Shown: piece by piece, positions 57,240-64,000 of the stretch
How positions within the stretch are numbered: the first letter of the stretch is position 1
How the letters are laid out: each line of letters begins with the position of its first letter
From: Ascidiella aspersa
Lineage: Eukaryota
Assembly: GCA_963924565.1 (NCBI GenBank)
Contig: OZ004610.1
Span: forward strand, 11,780,001 to 11,844,000
Reading direction: 5' to 3'
Length of the DNA stretch: 64,000 nucleotides
Position numbers and translations under genes: made by a program
The notes under the pieces: generated by a model
What the model was told of the DNA's origin: nothing
What the model saw: only the letters and a program-made list of their open reading frames with translations
Database searches by the model: none

Positions 57240-57872
57240 ATCAAGGAGTCCCCTATTGGAAATCATTATAATCGCCAAAACTTTTTGGTCCGCAGTTCCC
57301 GGGCGTTCCTATCACCGCCCATGTGTTTTTTTCGCTGCTGGATGTTGCTTTATTTGCTTTTAATCCACATCGCTGTTAAATTAAAATAAAATCGCTGCTT
57401 TTCGCGCTAAAAGTCACGCACGCCGTTGTACAAAACTTAATTTTTGTTTAACAACATAACATAATAACTTTGGAAAAGTTTTTAGTTTTTAAATGTATTT
57501 TATCTAAAATTTTGAATGGTATTACTTCAGATTTTAAGAGGATCCAAAACATTAAAGAAGGCAGAAAAAAAAACTTTCGTAATACTGCGCGTACTGAAAG
57601 AACCAACCAGAAAAACTTGCCAGACGAAGTCACGCCACCGTCTCAATCACTATATGGCGCATAGCAATTTTCAACGATCGTATGACAAGAAACGCGAGCG
57701 CGAAAGCACGTCACTCGGCACGCAAGCGATGGAAATACGCAAGAATTTTACGGGAATTAGCGGGGCTTAAACATTTTTCTAACCGTCCGCAGACCAGAGC
57801 TATGCCAGGTATGCGTCGCGGCCCCGTGCGACGCGAGCGAAATATTTCCCTCATTCGGGTCGGAGATTGGTC

Positions 57873-57973
57873 ATGGCGAGGTGCGGAGGATTTTTCGGGC
57901 TGTTTTCGACAGTTGCTCTCTTGCTGCACGCCGCCGCTTCTGTTCAAGTCGGCGGAAATGCGATCGAAATATG
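57873..57973 (+). CDS. Orphan first exon (signal peptide) of a third secreted gene, cut off by the duplication junction
   Basis: ATG, then MARCGGFFGLFSTVALLLHAAASVQVGGNAIEI, then TG|GTGAGG (phase-2 donor). It is preceded by a CpG-rich stretch (57660-57870), and unit 2 begins ~110 bp into the intron. Confidence 0.6.
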
Positions 57974-60144
57974 GTGAGGCTTAGTAGAATGACCCGGACG
58001 TTATTTAGGGCTGACAGCTTCGAAAGTGATTTTTTAGTTTTCTCTTTAGGAAACTCTCGGTGTACAGGGTGATTTCATGTGTTCGTGCAATACATGTATA
58101 TCTTGGGCGTGTTGTACATCGCGAAGGCGGACTGCTTACATGTCGCGTACACAGAACATGTGTTTCGCGAAAAAAAAGATGCATGATTGTCTAGCTTTAG
58201 CGTTTGCAGTTGGCCGCCTAGAACAGTTATATCCAACCGAAAAAACACGATTCAATAGCGATAAATTTACCATATATAACAACAAGCTAATAAACTATAC
58301 TACTCTGAAGTCATTTTAATGCTATATAAAAGGGTGTAACTTTGTGGAATCAGAAACCATAGCAGGTTTTTGCTTTTCAGTCAATGTTCCACTGACGCGA
58401 TATCACCCAAAGGAGGAATATATATATTCGCTTAAACCAGTGATTCTCAAATAAGTGTGCCGGGGGATGTTTTTTAATACACGATTGCAAATTTACTTGT
58501 AAAGGGTTAGGGGCATCGGTAAGGTGAAAGGGTTTGCCACATGCCTTCTCTCTGTGAGGAAACAAGATAAAGACAGCGCCCTTTTGCCAAACTGTGAACC
58601 CAACAAGGTAAACGGCGTATACATAAATGTCAATTGGATAATTAAAAGCGTCTCTGCCAAGTTCCCAGGGTTTAAGTGGCCTTTTTCTCTCGATCCAAAT
58701 TTTGCAATATTGTCGATCCGGACAAGGGTTCTATGGGCGATAGCACTCTTTTTAAGTTACTGATTCAGTTGAACATTTTACATCATTTTTGCAGACAGAT
58801 AACGCGAAAAATTTGAATGCAAGTATATATTCAGGTACAAATCACGTATTTTAAATTTCAGACGAGGTTTATTATCCAGCGGGTTTGGTATACACATTTT
58901 CTCGTTTCACTGCAAACCTGTCAACAATCCACTTTTAACTAACACACAGTCATCCCTTTCAAGTAAAGATCATTAATAGTTTTCAACTCATGGCAAGGTC
59001 ATACGCGCTGCGAACTATCGTCGATTTTATGAAGTGCAACGTTCGACTCCTAGCATCCAACTCACCACTGTAATGCTTTTTTGATGTGTTCATTTTTCTT
59101 ATTATACTGATATACTGCCATAAAGATATTTCATTTTTTTTGTGTCTTTTTACTTTGCGTCTTGTTGGCCATGTGTGTCATTCCCTGATAAAAGGCTTTC
59201 TGAATAGTTAGCCGAAACGTTAGATAAACAAATATATACCAGAAGAACTTATTTTTAGTATATCCCAGCAAGACGCGATACCAGCTAAAATAGCCAGGTA
59301 TCCTCGCAAGGGCTTCTCAATCAGAAAAAACGGTTTACTCTGCCGAACGTGACAGGAAACATCAGCCGGCTTCGGCCTGGAAAAGGCCGACTTGGCTACA
59401 GCATCGGGAAGGTTGACCGCAGTACCTCGCCTCGTTATCTACCGACAGCTGAGCAAAATCGGGCTTCAGAATGCCGCACTAGTTATTCGTTGAGGCAGAC
59501 TTTCGTCGGGAGTTTGTAGAGAGTGCCTTCCATGAACACTGAACAGTTATCGTTCGGCAGCTCTCAGGAAATGTTGGTAAAAAGGACAGTGGCAAAATAA
59601 CTTGTATGTGAAGCTTAATACACCGCTTAGATTACAAAGGTTTAAATTGATAATTGTATGTCTGGTAAGTTCAGAAATTACAGTGCACAGGCTTGGAAAA
59701 TCAATAGATATCGCCTTAACACAAATTAAGCAGGCGACTAAAGACAAAAATGAACCTAAAAATTAAATAAATCCTATATCTTGCGAAACTGTTACTTTTA
59801 TCCGAAATTACAAATTAAACTCGATTATTGTGATTGTAAAATTGCAAACTTCATGATATTTTTGGTACGGACAAAAGGAAACAAGTAGCGTTTTCAAACT
59901 GCGAGTAGAGGTTTCGCTAATTTACGTTCTCAAGTAGTCGAGGAATTGCTCTTTTCCGAATAGGGCCCAATCAGACTGAAATAGGAATTGACTCCTTCCG
60001 CCAATCAAAGCAGCGAGCAAAACGGTGACGGCGCGACTCTTGCGCAAGGTGGCTGCCGTTCGAAGGTGTCGCACATCTCGCTACCTTTTTGTCGCAGGTT
60101 CCTTTAGTTTGTGGACGCATTTAGACTGTGCAAAAACGTCAAGG

Positions 60145-63100
60145 ATGGCCTCGGCTGCGCTGTGTCTAAGTTCGATCGTCTTACTGGCGATTGTCGCCAC
60201 GGAAGGCAACCACCACGATCGAAGGTAAGGTGTAAGTCGGTCTATTGTTCGGCATGGGTAGAACGAATAAGGGTATTGTTGGCAATGTTTTTCAAACGTT
60301 AGTTGAAATAGGTTCAACCGGCTACAATCGGACTACATAAATCGTTCGTTATGTGTTGTAATTCGATAAATAAGATTTTAAAGGCATTCCATGAAAATAT
60401 TTTTTTTTATTAGTGTCGAAAATTGACAAAACTATTTAGTAATAACGTTAACAGGTGGTCCATCGCGCTGAAACCCCTTTGTTATCACGATTGCAAAGTT
60501 TTCTTTAAAATTACTTCTCCACGAAAAACGAAACCATGTGAATGGACGTAAACTTATATTTCTTTTCTTATTCCTACTCCGCGATATTTAAAATTGGGCA
60601 AATTTCAAACATCTCTCGAGTAGCTAATTTACCTGACTCTCAGGGATAATAACATTGTAGGCCCATGTAGCGGTATTTGGGCTCAAAAAGAAACAATGAA
60701 AGCTTTCTCCAGCCATGTTCGCAGAAATTAAATCTGCCAATTACTCGTGGTAAAACTTGCAGGAGAAAATGATTGACGAGCCCCAGAAAGCTTTGCGGGC
60801 AAAAGACGATTAACGTCTGAAGCCATGGGCAAATTTTCACGGAAACCAAATCAACACGATCATCTCCCAACGTTTTTAGTCGGACTTTTCGTGTTTCGCT
60901 CAATACACGGCCGAGCTTTGTCGCTTGCACCGACGTAAATTTTCGAGTTTTGTCAGGCTTTTTTCGGGAGTATGGTATGCGATTGTAACAACAACTATGA
61001 ACATCCAGTTGGGACCAGCAAAAAACAACAAAAAAGAAATTCAGATAATTAGCTGCGAAATGCATTAATATTTATACACACAAGGAGCGTACTTTTCCCG
61101 CAGCTACCCGGCGTACCTTCTGCCAGGAGTAGAAAGAAGCTACCGGCGCCAATACCAGCCTTCGTATCGCCTTCCTGTGAGATCGCCCTACGGCCGTCTT
61201 CAGGGTCATTACCGACCCAGTTCAAGGCCGAAGTACTACTACATTCCACGGCGAACCGTTCAATACAGAAGCAGGCGAATCCCGCAGCCCAGTAACTCGG
61301 TGTGGAGCGATGCATACGTTCTGCATCACGAACGCGTCTCCAGACCAAGGTGTATATCCTCACAAAAGTGTTTAATCTATGAAATTTTAAGGGACCGTCC
61401 AGGTTTTGTAAAATATAGCCTAAGTCCGTGACAACAGCAGAGATTTAGAAGTTGGTACTCCTCAAGATTAAATGGTTGAGATTACTCAAAATTTATTTTG
61501 CGGTCCTTTAAATTTTCTTAGAGGTCACCAAAGACAAACCTTCAAAACACTCTGCTCACAATTATAAGATGCAAAGAATTTCAGTTGACATGGACGCGAA
61601 AACTAAGCTTTTTATTACTCTCCTTTGGGAATTTATGTGAGAAGACAGTTAGCTTTTTTGGAATGCTTGTTTAATTCTCACGTATGACGAGGATAAAGTA
61701 AACAAATTTATTTTAGTAAAATTGTGCTCCATCTAACTAAATGCGAAAATATCTTGCGTTGCCATGTTAGCGACACGCAGCAAGAAATAAATACAGCCAA
61801 ATCCCTGTGAACCTTACAACAGTTACCTCAAGTAATGTAAACGTTATTCACATATTCACGCGGAGTTTTAAAAAAAAACATCAGAGGCTAAAGTGTCCGC
61901 GGCAATATTTCCAAGTCACATTTTGGCAGCAATATTTCGCAACACTAACCACGCCAAAACTAACGAGTGCGTGTCTTTAACAGCAGAGTAGCGGCAGTGG
62001 TGGCGACGAACTCTGACACTGCGGCGTACACACTTCCACGCGATACTCCAGCCTTGCTGCTTCCCAACGTGCAACCGGCGAAGAGCTTTTCTCCACTGTT
62101 GAATGGACACATGAGGATCCCGTATCGCCAACCAGTCGTGGACATGGGGTAATAAACTAGCGCAGTGGTTCTCAACCGGGTTGCCGCGGCGCCCTGGTGT
62201 GCCATTTCTAAAGCTCAAGGGTGTCGATAGGTAGTTAGGAATGTGATATTTGCTCAGTTGGTAAGCTTTTTGGTGCAACAATTTGTGTGCGATTAGAGAC
62301 AGTTATATATAAACCTTTTTTTGATGCCCTAATATTATCCGACATTTTGATTTAGTGATGCAACTTGGGCGAAAGAAACAATCCTTAAAAATAGATTGTA
62401 CTAATTTTTTAAGTTGAATCTGAACAACGTTGCTTTCGTTTGATGTAGTTCGATGCCGGGTGCGGCTGGCATGCGTGTTGCGTCATCGCGCGCAAAGGTC
62501 TGCCCGTGGAACATGATTCCTGCAAAATCGACTTCCAGCAAAGTACTGGAAGAAGCTTTGCAAATCTCGCAGACGAACGTCTCGTTCGTATTGAAGAACA
62601 TCAAAGAATCGATGGTGAGACTGTTTGTCCAAGTCTATTTTTTTCTTAGAAAAATTGTCATATAGTTGTAAGCTTGCCTAGGACAATTCTATTAAAGCCT
62701 GTACTTCTATTTGAAGCTGAGAAAGTGCCGCTGGTGCACCAGCTTGGGATGCACTCCAGCTTGGCAAGTGGCCATCATGCGCATCACCCTGGCGAGGGCG
62801 GACGGCTGTGATTGGATGGACAAGTGCGAGTGTCAGCCAATCGAAAACGTGAGCTGGCGCAGTTGTTTGCATTTGAAATGTAACAGAACTAGGAAGGATT
62901 AGCAGGGGCGTCCACAGGTGCATTTCGTGTTCGGCGGTTATGTAAACCGGCGATTAACATCAGATAACGAAAGTCAGGGGTAAATTTGCTGCGACCGAAC
63001 GACATCGGTCCCACGACAAACATACGCTTCAGACAGTGGTCTAAAGTCCAATCGTCTAGTTATGATTTCAATGTGAAAAGTACTAAAGGAGGTAATTGTA

Positions 63101-63487
63101 CTGGTTTGCCGCGTTGGGGAATCTTTGCTGCCGGATAAACCAACTATATAAAAATTTAGTATTTTCCAGGAATACTTTCAAATAGAGTTGTAAGTAGAAT
63201 CGAAGTATAAACCATCGGAAACTTTTAAACTTCGTCTAAGCATGGCAGTACCTTCTGTAATGTTTTCATTTTAACATACTATTGCTTCAGGGTTTAAAAT
63301 ACTTTTGCTTAAAGGTTTATGCTTTTGCTTCAAGAGTTATACGCCGCTTATGTCTTATTACGGTATTCCTAATTTTGTTGTTGCACAGGACTGGGAAATT
63401 GAATGCAATGTGGAAGGAACGATCTTGCATAACACGACCTCCGTGACCAACTTCATGATAACGTGCGAGGAAACCAACAAGCCTGAG
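60145..63487 (+). CDS. Gene B copy 2, exons 1-6 (last exon expected just beyond the window)
   Basis: Exons 60145-60224, 61104-61349, 61984-62148, 62449-62614, 62717-62848, 63389-63487. Same lengths and splice sites as copy 1, with the frame open. Confidence 0.8.
62163..62250 (+). mobile_element. hAT MITE left-end fragment (same family as 56334); counterpart at ~54874 has a 21-bp deletion
   Basis: CAGTGGTTCTCAACCGGGTTGCCGCGGCGCCCTGGTGTGCCATTTCTAAAGCTCAAGGGTGTCGATAGGTA; copy 1 reads CAGTGGCGCCCTGG. Confidence 0.65.
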
Positions 63488-64000
63488 GTGAGACGCGAAG
63501 TGAAAAAGGAGTTGATCGACTAGCGTTCGCCATGAGTCATAAACCACCAAATGATTTAGCATACCTCGGCATTTGCAATAGAGGTGTCGAAGTGACGCGC
63601 CGCAAATATTTGATAACGAGCCGTCAGTCAATGAAGGGCTAAAGCAGTGGTTCTCAACCTTCGTGCCATTTCTAATGCCCAAGGGTGCCGATAAGTAATT
63701 GAGAACCTTCAAGAATCTGATTTTTGCTAAACTCGTTTATTGTGATATTCTTGTGATTTACCTACGGAAAAATCTTGTAGGGGTGCCGCAATCTATTTAT
63801 TATTTCTGGGGGCTAAAGCAGTGCTTCTTAAAACATTTTTAGTTTTGTTCACCACTAGCATTTATCTCCAGATTTCATTCATCCTTGTCTCATGATATGA
63901 TAAAACTATTTTGTCTATATATAACAGCACAAAATGAACACCCGGAATATCTGCTCTGCTTGCAAGCTATCACCCATTTTCTCACCCTTAGTCACCCCTG

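Larger units (their letters stand above)
51058..64000 (+). repeat. Tandem segmental duplication: unit 1 ~51058-58082, unit 2 from ~58083 to beyond the window end
   Basis: Both units begin TCGTGCAATA.ATGTATATCTTGGGCG. They are near-identical from 51298/58575 onward, at an offset of ~7277 rising to ~7310 (56681 aligns with 63991). One non-matching block lies at ~51169-51297 vs ~58193-58573. Confidence 0.95.

Overview
Intron-rich, AT-rich animal genomic DNA with no obvious CpG depletion. It looks like an invertebrate chordate such as an ascidian, but that is inference and the taxon cannot be proven from this window. Exons were spliced by hand using GT-AG boundaries and codon phase. (1) Minus strand, 33735->2177: a complete 58-exon, 2719-aa type II membrane alpha-glucosidase of the sucrase-isomaltase/maltase-glucoamylase class. 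It has THREE in-frame trefoil+GH31 units, all with intact catalytic Asp residues, in the order Ct-like, Ct-like, Nt-like (vertebrate SI/MGAM run Nt then Ct). (2) Minus strand, 45219->36008: the last five exons of mitochondrial elongation factor G1 (GFM1); no upstream exon is visible before 64000. (3) Plus strand, apparently inside that GFM1 intron: a cluster of secreted cathelin/cystatin-fold genes. Gene A (47594-50482) has the exact cathelicidin C-x10-C-x10-C-x16-C spacing, a KRCxGTVxL motif and matching intron positions. Gene B (52863-57239) combines a Pro/Arg/Tyr-rich cationic N-terminal segment, a divergent cathelin-like domain and an acidic poly-Glu/His/RGD tail. An orphan signal-peptide exon (57873-57973) follows, then a second gene B copy from a ~7 kb tandem duplication that runs off the window. 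(4) Introns carry many short hAT-type and mariner-type non-autonomous transposons and small tandem repeats. Comparisons to human proteins are from recalled sequence, not from a database search.
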